Positions 1 through 9,428 of a stretch of 64,000 nucleotides of DNA are shown here, one piece after another. Made by a program: the position numbers and the translations under genes. The notes under the pieces are model-generated. The model saw only the letters and a program-made list of their open reading frames with translations. It was not told the DNA's origin and made no database searches. Within the stretch, counting starts at the first letter, position 1. Each line of letters begins with the position of its first letter. Source of the stretch: Candidatus Bathyarchaeia archaeon (GTDB lineage Archaea; Thermoproteota; Bathyarchaeia; Bathyarchaeales; Bathycorpusculaceae); NCBI GenBank assembly GCA_049516875.1, contig JBEKSS010000006.1:32001-96000 (forward strand), written 5' to 3'.

Positions 1-214
1 ACTGGGCGGAAGAATACCTGTGAACACGAGTGGCGGGTTGAAAGCTAAGGGGCATCCTGTTGGGGCTACGGGCACAGGCCAGGCCTACGAGATCTATTTG
101 CAGTTGACTGGGCAAGCGGGTAAGAGGCAAGTTAAAGATGCAGAAATCGGTTTGACGCATAACGTCGGCGGTTCAGGTGCAACTGCTACGGTTCACATCT
201 ACAGGAGAGGATGA
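1..214 (+). CDS. Thiolase-family protein (acetyl-CoA acetyltransferase/SCP2 type), 3' end only
   Basis: Frame open from window edge: ...[23 protein letters not shown]...[10 protein letters not shown], the thiolase C-terminal motifs; overlaps a DUF35 gene. Confidence 0.92.
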   Translation, partial: LGGRIPVNTSGGLKAKGHPVGATGTGQAYEIYLQLTGQAGKRQVKDAEIGLTHNVGGSGATATVHIYRRG

Positions 215-618
215 GAACGACCGAACAAGCGCCATTCACGATAGAACAGTTCTACAAGCATATCAACCAAGGGAAGCTGTTAGGAGGCATGTGCACGAAG
301 TGTGGGAAGGTGCATCTTCCGCCGAGGCCTCTGTGCGACAATTGCTATTCGCAAGACTTCGAATGGACCGAAATTCCTGCAAGAGGAAAGCTGTTAACTT
401 ACACGGTCATCCACATTGCTCCGGTCCAATTTCAGTCAATGGCTCCATACGCAATGGGCATCGTCCAACTTACGGATGGCTTAAAGATGCCAGGGATGAT
501 CAGAGGGATAGCGCTGGAACAGATTAAGATAGGAATGGAACTGACGATGGACTTTGGAACATGCGCGGCTACTCAGCCTTGGCCGCAATGGCCTAGATAC
601 TACTTCAAGCCAGCCTAA
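211..618 (+). CDS. DUF35 Zn-ribbon/OB-fold protein (thiolase partner)
   Basis: CxxC...PPR..CxxC rubredoxin-like ribbon followed by OB fold; ATGA overlap with thiolase. Confidence 0.9.
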   Translation: MRTTEQAPFTIEQFYKHINQGKLLGGMCTKCGKVHLPPRPLCDNCYSQDFEWTEIPARGKLLTYTVIHIAPVQFQSMAPYAMGIVQLTDGLKMPGMIRGIALEQIKIGMELTMDFGTCAATQPWPQWPRYYFKPA

Positions 619-1337
619 CTTGATGTTAGGTTTGCCTGCCTTTTTCGGTTCTGTTTTGCGACCAGTTTGGTGGTTTTTATTAGGCTGGGCAGGTCCGCAA
701 TTGACGTGACAAGGTAGTTCGCTCCAGCGTTCATCAGTTCTTTCTGAGTAGAAACTCCGGTTGACAAACCGACGGCCATGACCTTCAGTTCTCTGGCACA
801 TTCCATGTCGCGTGTTGCGTCTCCGACAAGCAACGCTTCTTTGGGACTGAGTTTCAAAGCTTTCAAAACAGCTTCCAAATGTTCACCGCTAGGTTTAACA
901 TGTTTCACCTTGTTGCGGGGAATTACTACATCAAAGAAATCGGCGATTCCAAATCGTTTCAGGATGTAACTCGTGGATTTTTCGCTATTAACCGTGCACA
1001 GCCCGATTTTTAAACTCATTTCCTTCAGAATTTTCAATGTTTCAACCACGCTTGGAAGCAGACTCGTGGTCTTTGCTGACTCCAACTCATGTCTTTCAGC
1101 TATGGCCAGAGCTTCGTTGCGCACTTTCTCTATTGTTCTCGTGGATTTGCCACTGTTCTTCAGGAAAATCTCAGTTTTGTTTAACATATCGAATATGCTC
1201 TCATTCACGAACAGAACCGATCCCGGCACACCAGTTCTTATGAGGAAACTTCTGACTTCTGACCTTAACGTCATGTAATCAAGGTTGAAGGCTGCAATAG
1301 TCCCGTCCAAATCGAAGATCACGGCCTTTGTGGTCAT
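615..1337 (-). CDS. HAD-superfamily hydrolase (phosphoglycolate phosphatase-like)
   Basis: FDLDGT motif I, KP motif III, GDxxxD motif IV. Confidence 0.88.
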   Translation of the reverse strand: MTTKAVIFDLDGTIAAFNLDYMTLRSEVRSFLIRTGVPGSVLFVNESIFDMLNKTEIFLKNSGKSTRTIEKVRNEALAIAERHELESAKTTSLLPSVVETLKILKEMSLKIGLCTVNSEKSTSYILKRFGIADFFDVVIPRNKVKHVKPSGEHLEAVLKALKLSPKEALLVGDATRDMECARELKVMAVGLSTGVSTQKELMNAGANYLVTSIADLPSLIKTTKLVAKQNRKRQANLTSS

Positions 1338-1480
1338 TGATTCTCACTTAAGCCTCATGAATTTGGAGGCTCTAATCACTTTTCTGTCGAGATATACTTT
1401 ATGGTAACAACATAGGCGCGCAGTGCCATTGAGGGCAAACCGAATATTCCTCTCCAAACGTAAATTGTTGTTGATGCGCT

Positions 1481-1705
1481 ATGAACCTTGAAGATTGCGT
1501 GAAAGAGACGCTGTGGCCGATATTGATTGAGACAGTACACTCGCTGGTTATGTATCCAAATCACAAGGCCTACACAAGAGAAGTCATTCTTTCCGAAAAG
1601 CCTGAGACAATGCCTACGGATTTGGCGGCTAGGTTGAAGATTTCATTAGGTGAGGCTCTGGTAATATTGTACGAACTGGCCGAGGAGAAGAAGGCTGCCC
1701 CTTAG
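1481..1705 (+). CDS. Small hypothetical protein, probable HTH
   Basis: 74-aa ORF ending DLAARLKISLGEALVILYEL, an HTH-like pattern. Confidence 0.65.
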   Translation: MNLEDCVKETLWPILIETVHSLVMYPNHKAYTREVILSEKPETMPTDLAARLKISLGEALVILYELAEEKKAAP

Positions 1706-1832
1706 AGGCTGGAGTTCGAGTTTGCCTACAGACGTGATTTAGCAGGTTTTGTGCCTTCTGGTTACTTTGTTGAGTCGAGTGCCTTGATCATACTCTGCAC
1801 GCACGAATATTATTCGTTCAATAGATTCATTC

Positions 1833-2178
1833 TCATGACACTGCAATCTGTTTTTCGCGGCAAACGGCTTCAGCCTCAATCTTATTTGCAGTGTATCCAA
1901 ACACTCCGAATAGAGTTTCACCGGTAGAAAACAGCATTCACATATTCCTTTGCATCATAACGCCTATTAGGCTTTAGCAGCTAAACAGCGGTAACCCTCT
2001 CCTCAATCCATCCAGATTCAGCGTTGGTAATCACATATTGAACTGTCCTTCCCAGATGCACTTCAAAACCAGTCTTTTTCAATCGTGGCTATAGCGTGAA
2101 GCAGACTTTGAAAGTCATTTGGCAATCAATAGCTCTAGCACATCAACCTTACCTTCAACCAGCTTGTCAGCACAGTTT
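1833..2178 (-). pseudogene. Degraded C-terminal (thumb) fragment of a family B DNA polymerase, PolB2-like
   Basis: Manual translation across stops and frameshifts: KLVEGKVDVLELLIAK*LSKSASRY / LKKTGFEVHLGRTVQYVITNAE...ERVTAV*LLKPNRRYDAKEY / ETLFGVFGY. Confidence 0.7.
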
Positions 2179-2315
2179 CATGGCCCGCGCGAAAACAGAT
2201 AAGCGTTTGCCGGAGAAATGCCTCGCAAAACTTGGAGAGAATAGGTTAAAGCAAACAATCATAGCTTCAAAAAGAAAACGTAAACATTCTTAAAACCAAT
2301 GGGTAGTAATGTTTT

Positions 2316-3701
2316 GTGGCTGAGCAAATGAAAAAACCGCAGTTTGACTTTGTCGACGAGGCAAACATGAACCTTCTAACTGATTTTTACGAGCTGACAA
2401 TGTGCGCCAGCTATTTTGGAAACAGAAGAAACGAAACTGCAACCTTCGACCTGTTCATAAGAAAATTGCCGCCGAACAGATCCTACTTTATCTTCGCTGG
2501 GCTTGAACAAGTGCTGCTTTTCCTCGAAAACATGAAATTCAGTGAAGAACACATCAACTACCTGAGGGAGAAGAGACTAAGCGAGGAATTTTTGCAATAT
2601 CTACGGGGCTTCAAGTTCACTGGGGAAGTGTGGTCTGTTTCCGAAGGAACAATAGTTTTTCCTGAGGAGCCATTAATCAGAGTGACTGCGCCGATAATAG
2701 AGGCTCAGCTGATTGAAACCTTCATCCTGAACACGGTGAACCTTCAAACCATGATTGCTACCAAAGCTTCAAGGGTTGTCTGGGCGGCAGGGGGCAGATC
2801 CATAATAGAGTTCGGCTTGAGAAGAACGCAGGGAACAGACGCTGGGATGAAAGCCGCGAGATGCAGTTACTTGGCAGGAGCCGACGGAACTTCTAACGTG
2901 CTGGCAGGCATGAGATACGGTATTCCCATGTTCGGGACGATGGCGCATTCCTATGTAATGTTCTTCAATAAGGAGATAGATTCGTTCAGAGCCTTTGCCA
3001 AAACCTTTCCGCAGACTTCCACTTTCTTGATAGACACTTATGACGATTTGAAGGGTGCGGAAAACGCAGCCGTAGTTGCGAAAGAACTTGAGAGAAAAGG
3101 TTACAGGCTAAACGCGGTCAGGCTGGACAGTGGGAACCTGCTGAGCACAAGTGAGAAGGTCAGGCAGATTCTTGATAACTACGGCTTGGATTACGTGAAG
3201 ATATTTGCAAGTGGCGACTTGGACGAATACGTCATTGAAAAGCTTGTGAGAGAGGGAGCGAAAATTGATGCTTTCGGTGTGGGAACGAGGATGGGCACGT
3301 CCCTCGATAGGCCCTACGTGGACGTTGTCTACAAATTGTCGGGCAAGGTTGAAAAAGGAAGCTTTGTTCCAGCGATGAAATTAAGCAAGGGGAAAGTAAC
3401 GTTGCCAGGAAGGAAACAAATCTTCCGACAGAGAGACAAAAACAGAAGATATGCCAAGGACATAATAGGGTTGGAGGATGAAGAGATTGAGGGAGAGCGT
3501 CTTCTGGGGAAAGTCATGATAGGCGGTCGGATAACCTATGAAATGCCCACGTTGGAACAAATGAGGAAGGCAACGCTGAAGAATCTCTCAGAGCTTCCAG
3601 AGAAGTACAAAAGGTTGAGAGATCCATCCTCGTACCCTGTTGAACTGAGCCGCAGGCTAAGCAATATCAGAAGCCAGGTCGTGAATCGGCTAAGAAGCTA
3701 G
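2316..3701 (+). CDS. pncB: Nicotinate phosphoribosyltransferase
   Basis: LLTDFYELTM, EFGLRR, GTMAHS (phospho-His), LIDTYD, VRLDSG motifs. Confidence 0.95.
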   Translation: MAEQMKKPQFDFVDEANMNLLTDFYELTMCASYFGNRRNETATFDLFIRKLPPNRSYFIFAGLEQVLLFLENMKFSEEHINYLREKRLSEEFLQYLRGFKFTGEVWSVSEGTIVFPEEPLIRVTAPIIEAQLIETFILNTVNLQTMIATKASRVVWAAGGRSIIEFGLRRTQGTDAGMKAARCSYLAGADGTSNVLAGMRYGIPMFGTMAHSYVMFFNKEIDSFRAFAKTFPQTSTFLIDTYDDLKGAENAAVVAKELERKGYRLNAVRLDSGNLLSTSEKVRQILDNYGLDYVKIFASGDLDEYVIEKLVREGAKIDAFGVGTRMGTSLDRPYVDVVYKLSGKVEKGSFVPAMKLSKGKVTLPGRKQIFRQRDKNRRYAKDIIGLEDEEIEGERLLGKVMIGGRITYEMPTLEQMRKATLKNLSELPEKYKRLRDPSSYPVELSRRLSNIRSQVVNRLRS

Positions 3702-3876
3702 GGAAGCATTGCCATTGCGGCGAAGCCAGTGTTGCTGGTTTGGCTTCAGTCGAAAAAACTTGTGCGTGAGGGTTCGACTGTTGTTTGTGAGGGTTGCATG
3801 GTTTCAGCTTGGAACGGCTTCAAGGTCGCTGGGCCTTTCATGTTGCGGGACATTAAAAGAGTGGGGGGTGGGACTT

Positions 3877-4293
3877 TTAGATTATTGGTTTCGGCTCTTC
3901 GAGTTTTCTTAGAAAGGGACGTAGAGCTGAGTGGTGAACGCTCTCTTCTGGCAAATCGTTCTTGGATATTCCGGGTGTGCCTATTTTTCTGCATATGAAG
4001 TTGAGCGAGTCTTCTGTGAAGTTTAACAGGTTTTGGCCTTCAGTCGTCAGTTTGTATACTTTTCTAGGTCTTTCAGTGCTCATGTTCCATTCGCTTTTGA
4101 CAAATCCCTTTTTCTCCAGCGTTCCCAGAAGAGGATAGATGGTGCTTGGTCCGAAGTACACTCCGAAGGCTTTTCGGATTCTTGTGATTATTTGGTAGCC
4201 GTGCATGGGCTGTCCGTTTAGGAATTGGAGTATTATCAGGTCCAGCAGGCCTTTCATCAGTTTGGCCTGAACTTCTTTTGTGTTGTTTATCAT
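3877..4293 (-). CDS. PadR-family transcriptional regulator
   Basis: PMHGYQI...STIYPLLGTLEKKG...RKVYKLT; start refined to ATG 4293. Confidence 0.9.
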   Translation of the reverse strand: MINNTKEVQAKLMKGLLDLIILQFLNGQPMHGYQIITRIRKAFGVYFGPSTIYPLLGTLEKKGFVKSEWNMSTERPRKVYKLTTEGQNLLNFTEDSLNFICRKIGTPGISKNDLPEESVHHSALRPFLRKLEEPKPII

Positions 4294-4352
4294 GGTGCCT
4301 TTCCTTCTTTTGTGTTGTTTTGTCCAACAGTATTGTTGTTGGACGTGGATAC

Positions 4353-4376
4353 GACATGTCCTCTGTATGACATATC
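4353..4376. promoter_or_regulatory. Candidate PadR operator between the divergent padR genes
   Basis: GACATGTC-N8-GACATATC dyad containing ATGT-N10-ACAT; beside TATA-like TTTATA (4384) and TATAAA (4405). Confidence 0.55.
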
Positions 4377-4494
4377 TTGAGTCTTTATAGAGACTAAACA
4401 ACGATATAAAGCTTCATGCTTACGTAAGACATAAGAAAGCATAAAGAAGCATACTGAAAAGTCCACTTCGAACATAACTCTAATAAGCCGAAGC

Positions 4495-4863
4495 ATGAAC
4501 CAGTACAGAATGAGACACAAGAAGAACGTGAAAGAATTGGCAGAAGCTTACAAAGAAGGAATTGTACAACGCATCACCAGAAACCTGCTCGACATCCAAA
4601 TGCTAAGACTCATCCAAACGCAGCCGATGTGGGGCTACATGATAAAGAAACAAGCAGAAACAAGATTCGGCGTAAAACTGAGGCATGGGGCACTGTACCC
4701 GTTGCTAAATGCCTTGGAGCGTGAAAGCTTCCTGACAAGCCAAAACCAAAGACAGGGCGGAAGAACAAGAAAAGTGTACACGCTGACCAGGAAGGGACAA
4801 CAATACATAGAAGCGTACAACAGCGTCCTGAAAGAACAACTAGAACGTCGAGACATGAAGTAG
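4495..4863 (+). CDS. PadR-family transcriptional regulator
   Basis: PMWGYMI...GALYPLLNALE...RKVYTLT. Confidence 0.9.
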   Translation: MNQYRMRHKKNVKELAEAYKEGIVQRITRNLLDIQMLRLIQTQPMWGYMIKKQAETRFGVKLRHGALYPLLNALERESFLTSQNQRQGGRTRKVYTLTRKGQQYIEAYNSVLKEQLERRDMK

Positions 4864-4926
4864 ATGTTATGCTTTTGAAGCCGTTGCTGTCAGGTCTTAA
4901 ATAGAACTAGTAGCTAACATAAAATC

Positions 4927-5925
4927 ATGGGACCAAAAAAAGGCAGAAAGCTATCCGTAGTTGTTATGGAAGAGCTTCAGGAAAGAAGCAACAGGGGGCT
5001 TGAATTCGCAAAGAAAACCATGCTGGCAGAAAGGATTGAATACGAAAAACTGCGGAAGGCATTAGAGCATTATGTTAAGAACTGGAATGATTTCACTCAT
5101 CCAGGACTGTTTTCATTAGCTTGTGAGGCAGTTGGAGGGCGTCCGGACAACGCAGTGCAGGTTCAAGCAGCTATCGCCCTGTTGGCTGCAGCCTTTGACA
5201 TACATGACGACATCATCGACGGATCAGAACAGAAACATGCCGTACCCACGGTTTTTGGAAAATATGGAAAAGACATAGCGCTTCTATTGGGAAACGCGTT
5301 CCTGATAAAGGGATTTGCACTATTCTGCGTGTCAACAGAAGCCTTAGCTCAGAAAGACGCTCGGAAAGTCATTGAAGCGTTACAAGCATCTCTGTTCGAA
5401 CTTGGCAATGCTCATGCTATGGAGTTGAACCTGAAAGGAAGAATTGACGCCGAACCGGCAGAATACATGCGAGTTGTGGAAATGAAAGCCTCAGGCATCG
5501 AGGCTGACATGTGGATTGGAGCCAAAGTCGGAGGAGGGGCAGACAAAGAAGTTGAAGCATTGACAAAATATGGGAGAAACTTGGGGACTCTGGCCACGTT
5601 GAGAGAAGAGTTCGTCGATGTTTTCGAGGTTGAAGAGTTGAATCAACGGATTCGTGGCGGATATTTGCCCATTCCGATTCTATACGCTATGCAAAATGAA
5701 GAAACGAAGGAAAGGCTGAACAAGCTGATTGCAAAAGGAAAAGCGACAAGGAGTGATACTGATGATATCGTCGGAACAGTTTTCGACGACAAAGAAGTAA
5801 TAAAGCTCAGAAAAGTTATGGCCGACCTTGTGAATGAAAGCGTTCATCTAACCTCAAGCATACGCAACAGAAAGTTAAGGACGCAACTCGCCAACCTAGC
5901 TTCCTCTACGATAGAAGACTTGTAG
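4927..5925 (+). CDS. Divergent trans-polyprenyl synthase-fold protein
   Basis: FARM intact (HDDIID); SARM replaced by EEFVD; the usual KRxR and RRG are absent. Confidence 0.85.
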   Translation: MGPKKGRKLSVVVMEELQERSNRGLEFAKKTMLAERIEYEKLRKALEHYVKNWNDFTHPGLFSLACEAVGGRPDNAVQVQAAIALLAAAFDIHDDIIDGSEQKHAVPTVFGKYGKDIALLLGNAFLIKGFALFCVSTEALAQKDARKVIEALQASLFELGNAHAMELNLKGRIDAEPAEYMRVVEMKASGIEADMWIGAKVGGGADKEVEALTKYGRNLGTLATLREEFVDVFEVEELNQRIRGGYLPIPILYAMQNEETKERLNKLIAKGKATRSDTDDIVGTVFDDKEVIKLRKVMADLVNESVHLTSSIRNRKLRTQLANLASSTIEDL

Positions 5926-6257
5926 GATCTATGGGAACAAGATTCTTACAGGAACGTCTCTTTTCTTTGCCTTCTTCATCTCTATCCCTCACAAGTATAT
6001 GTGTAGAACACATCTACTACTTAAGAGTTGCTCTGAACATGAATCTGAGCTGGTCCATTTTGAAAAATGTTTTTTTTCCAAAAGCAGTTGGCACGCGCGT
6101 ATGAAGTCAAACTCGTGTCTTCGAACGGTAACACGTTCCTCAGAACCGGCATAGCTCCAGCTTGAGCGCGTGCTATTGTCTGATTGTGTTTTGTCGGACG
6201 TGAACCTATAATCTTATTTGTCAAGCTACCAACCTAATACGAAGGAGGTGGTTTCGA

Positions 6258-6569
6258 ACGATCTTAACATTACTGCTTCTTCTAGCAGAGGTCTCAGATC
6301 AAGAAATTCTTGATGCTCTACATCAAGTCACGAATGAAATTGCCATGTTCATGTGGATGTATGCGGCAATCTGGATTCCTATGTTCGGGGCTCTCATAGC
6401 GATTTCTGTCCTGAATTACTTGCAGTACAAGAGGATGCTGCAGAAATCAAATGAGGAGGAAGCGCGGAATATTGTGTTGAGAAAGGACCTCTATGAACGT
6501 ATGGTTGAAAGAGGGGGGGACATTGAAACATACGTGAACACCGTTGTTGAAAAGTCTTTGAAGAAGTAG
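6258..6569 (+). CDS. Small membrane protein with possible C-terminal ribbon-helix-helix; start uncertain (ACG 6258 or ATG 6345)
   Basis: GGAGGTG SD at 6244-6250 precedes an in-frame ACG; one TM helix; C-terminus NIVLRKDLYERM...IETYVNTVVEKSL. Confidence 0.6.
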   Translation, partial: TILTLLLLLAEVSDQEILDALHQVTNEIAMFMWMYAAIWIPMFGALIAISVLNYLQYKRMLQKSNEEEARNIVLRKDLYERMVERGGDIETYVNTVVEKSLKK

Positions 6570-6759
6570 AGCTCAAGAAGTAAGAAATAGAGCGAGAGCA
6601 AACGATGATCTATAATGATGGGTATCTACATGTAGGCGAAATGCTGTTTGGTTAAGTGAGCGTCTTATTTTCTAAGAGTTGTGTAGACCGCGAATAAAGA
6701 TGCTGCCTAAGAAATGTTTTATCTATGAAACGTGATTCATTAATGGGTCGCATCAAGGA

Positions 6760-7980
6760 ATGCGTTTCACAGAGGTCTTCAGATCAAAGATCAACTTGAA
6801 ACAGTTTGCTCCCGCATTTGTCATCGTGTTGAACACTTTCATATGGTACACGTTGACCTATCAAATGTTCAGCATCGCCGTAGACAGTCTAGCTGTATCC
6901 GGTACTGAAAAATTAATGATTTTTGCCATGTACTTCATAGGAACTGCCTGTTCTGCACTTCTGGGAGCCACGTTCCTACGGTGTACTCGAAAGACCTACC
7001 TCTTATTGTGGATGCTTGCAGGGGCACTGATGACAGCATCGTTGATCACTATCCCAAACAACAGTACCCTATTCAATGGCCCTATCTTGTTCTTCCTAGG
7101 AGTCTCTCTTGGAACAGGCTTCCCATCATGCTTGGCCTATTTTGCTGATGCAACGACTGTCGAAACCCGAGGGACTTGTGGAGGAATAACATGGGCCGCT
7201 GTCGGTGTAGGCACCCTTATTTTGGCTTTGTTTGTAAGCAGTCTCGACCTTTACCTAACCTTTCTGACCCTTGCAGTCTGGAGAGCGCTTGGCTTCGTGG
7301 CCTTCTTCCTCATGACAAGGAGAACCAGAAAAGTCCAGCAAACGCGAACTCCTGTTACCTATTATTCTATTCTCGCCAGAAGAGACATGATTCTGTATTT
7401 GATTCCTTGGATCATGCTTTCGCTGGTCAATTTTACGGAAACCCCAATTCTGGAGAGATTGTTAACGGATTCCTATGTTTTGGTAGGATTCGTCGAATTC
7501 GCATTAGCAGGAATCTTTGCACTAGTAGGTGGCATCCTGGCAGATATCGCAGGCAGAAAACGCGTCATAATAACAGGTTTCGTCATGCTAGGCATCGGAT
7601 ACGCTGTGCTAAGCTTCTCTTCGGGACTGCCCTTTTCTTGGTATTTGTACACTGCTTGTGATGGAATCGCCTGGGGAATGTTCAGCTCAGTTTTTTTCAT
7701 AACCTTATGGGGAGACCTTGCTCAGGACCATGAGAAAGCTAAGTATTATGTACTTGGTGGTCTTCCTTTTCTTGTCTCTGGTTTTTTGGCAGTAGTAGTC
7801 AAACCCTATGTTGAGCTTATAAGCACAATTGCATCATTCTCTCTGGCTAGCTTCTTTCTTTTCTTGGCCGTCTTGCCGCTAATGTACGCGCCCGAAACCT
7901 TGCCAGAAAAGGAGATCAGGGACAGGGAACTGAAAGACTACATTGAGAAGGCGAGGAAGGTCAAGGAGAAATATGATTAG
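6760..7980 (+). CDS. MFS transporter
   Basis: About 12 hydrophobic segments; motif A GILADIAGRKR; YAPETLPE after last helix. Confidence 0.9.
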   Translation: MRFTEVFRSKINLKQFAPAFVIVLNTFIWYTLTYQMFSIAVDSLAVSGTEKLMIFAMYFIGTACSALLGATFLRCTRKTYLLLWMLAGALMTASLITIPNNSTLFNGPILFFLGVSLGTGFPSCLAYFADATTVETRGTCGGITWAAVGVGTLILALFVSSLDLYLTFLTLAVWRALGFVAFFLMTRRTRKVQQTRTPVTYYSILARRDMILYLIPWIMLSLVNFTETPILERLLTDSYVLVGFVEFALAGIFALVGGILADIAGRKRVIITGFVMLGIGYAVLSFSSGLPFSWYLYTACDGIAWGMFSSVFFITLWGDLAQDHEKAKYYVLGGLPFLVSGFLAVVVKPYVELISTIASFSLASFFLFLAVLPLMYAPETLPEKEIRDRELKDYIEKARKVKEKYD

Positions 7981-8070
7981 GGTATAGTGCTCCTTTGTGC
8001 TGTTAGGCGAGAACCTCTCATTTCACATATTTCTCGTTGCTCGCGCACATTCTAGGCGAAAGATATATCA

Positions 8071-8502
8071 ATGCTTGCTAGCAGTCTACAGAATGGAAGT
8101 TCAATGCCATCCGGGCAGTTAAGAATTTTCGCGGTTGCTTGGAACATGATGTGGGGCTTATGTTACATCTTAGTGGCAATTTTTGCGCCAGGCATCGCTG
8201 GAGAGGAGCCCTTAATTGGAGGCATTTTCTATGGGTCGGTGGGGGTTTTTGTTTTAATAGCTGTATGGTTATTGTTTGGGTCACATGCAACAATTGGGCG
8301 AATGGCCTTATTTATATTAGCTGTCTTTGAGGTTTGGGGTGGTGTTGTGTCATGGACAGGCATAGTACTATGGCAGGTGCCTTTCCCAAACAAGGAATTC
8401 TTTCAAGTTAGTATGGCTTTTGCTGATCTGCTCAGCGCTACTTTTATGTTCACTTTGTGTCTGAGCAATGATTCTGGCAGGGTAGCTCACCCTGAACCAT
8501 AG
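8071..8502 (+). CDS. Hypothetical 4-TM membrane protein
   Basis: 143-aa ORF with four hydrophobic stretches. Confidence 0.6.
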   Translation: MLASSLQNGSSMPSGQLRIFAVAWNMMWGLCYILVAIFAPGIAGEEPLIGGIFYGSVGVFVLIAVWLLFGSHATIGRMALFILAVFEVWGGVVSWTGIVLWQVPFPNKEFFQVSMAFADLLSATFMFTLCLSNDSGRVAHPEP

Positions 8503-8766
8503 GAGATAATTTTGTAAGTCATAAGTGCATGTTTCCTTAAGTAAGGCAAATGAGGGCTGCAAAACATTGAACAAATCAGCTAGGATTCTCTATGTCCGAA
8601 TTGCATTATCTTTTGCCATTTTCTTTTTTGGGAATGAGCTTCCGCTGACGTAGGCTCTTCAGAAAAAAGATCAGGGATAGAGAACGGTGGATATATGGAG
8701 AAAGGCAATGATTAACGAAAAATAGGTTTAAAAACAGGGGCCTTCTCTTTCTTGAATCGGAGAGGC

Positions 8767-8901
8767 ATGTTCTTTCATGTTATACTGACGACTAAGTGTA
8801 ATTCGCAGTGCATGTACTGCTTTGGCGAGGCATGTGAAGATGTTGATGAAGATTTTTCGGATTTTGAAGTCGACTATTCATTGCCAACCAAGATTAACTA
8901 G
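8767..8901 (+). pseudogene. Truncated 44-codon copy of the 5' end of the radical SAM gene at 9932
   Basis: MFFHVILTTKCNSQCMYCFGEACEDVDEDFSDFEVDYSLPTKIN* versus MFFHVILTTECNSQCRYCFGEALDDLDEDFSDIEVDYSLPRNMSY. Confidence 0.9.
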
Positions 8902-9428
8902 CGCGCATGGTTGTTCCTAAATTGGCTAAAAAATGGTTTTTATTCTTCTTTTGGAGTTTGGGGACAGTTTCAGGTTTCGTGCGCGCGCGCCTTACTTCAC
9001 AGACTACCCGACCTTGATAATCATGGATAGCCTACTCCATGCAATGATTGAACAAGATCCAAAGACAAGCATGAGCAAGTTCGTCAAGTACAACGTTCCA
9101 AAGTTCCTAGAAAGCCTGACAAAAAATAGAAAAGCCCGCGCCAGCCGATAATAACCGCGTTCGAATCAGATTGACAAAGCCCGTGCAATTCAAACATGAT
9201 TAGCTAAGAACGTACTTAAATGCGATAACCATTTTCAGCGCGCGCGCCAGTAACTCTGATAGGGTTCGTTCCCTTGCGCTTTGCGATGAGCCATTTTCGT
9301 TTTAGCCAATTATGTGAGTAAGTCATGTGGGCTCAAAAGAAAAATCGTGAATGACGCACAGGACTCACTTTGAGAACCGAAGATGCAACAAACCATTTAT
9401 GGTAATACTCACATGATTCTTTCGGTGA

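Noticed and set aside
3709-3998. Several overlapping short ORFs between pncB and padR
   Set aside because: No motifs, overlapping the padR 3' end and its terminator-like tract
5931-6104. ComX-like precursor as a called gene
   Set aside because: No SD, Trp far from the C-terminus and T-rich terminator-like sequence; kept only as a weak candidate in the finding
8767-8901. RiPP precursor for the SPASM enzyme
   Set aside because: It is a homologue of the enzyme's own N-terminus, not an independent precursor
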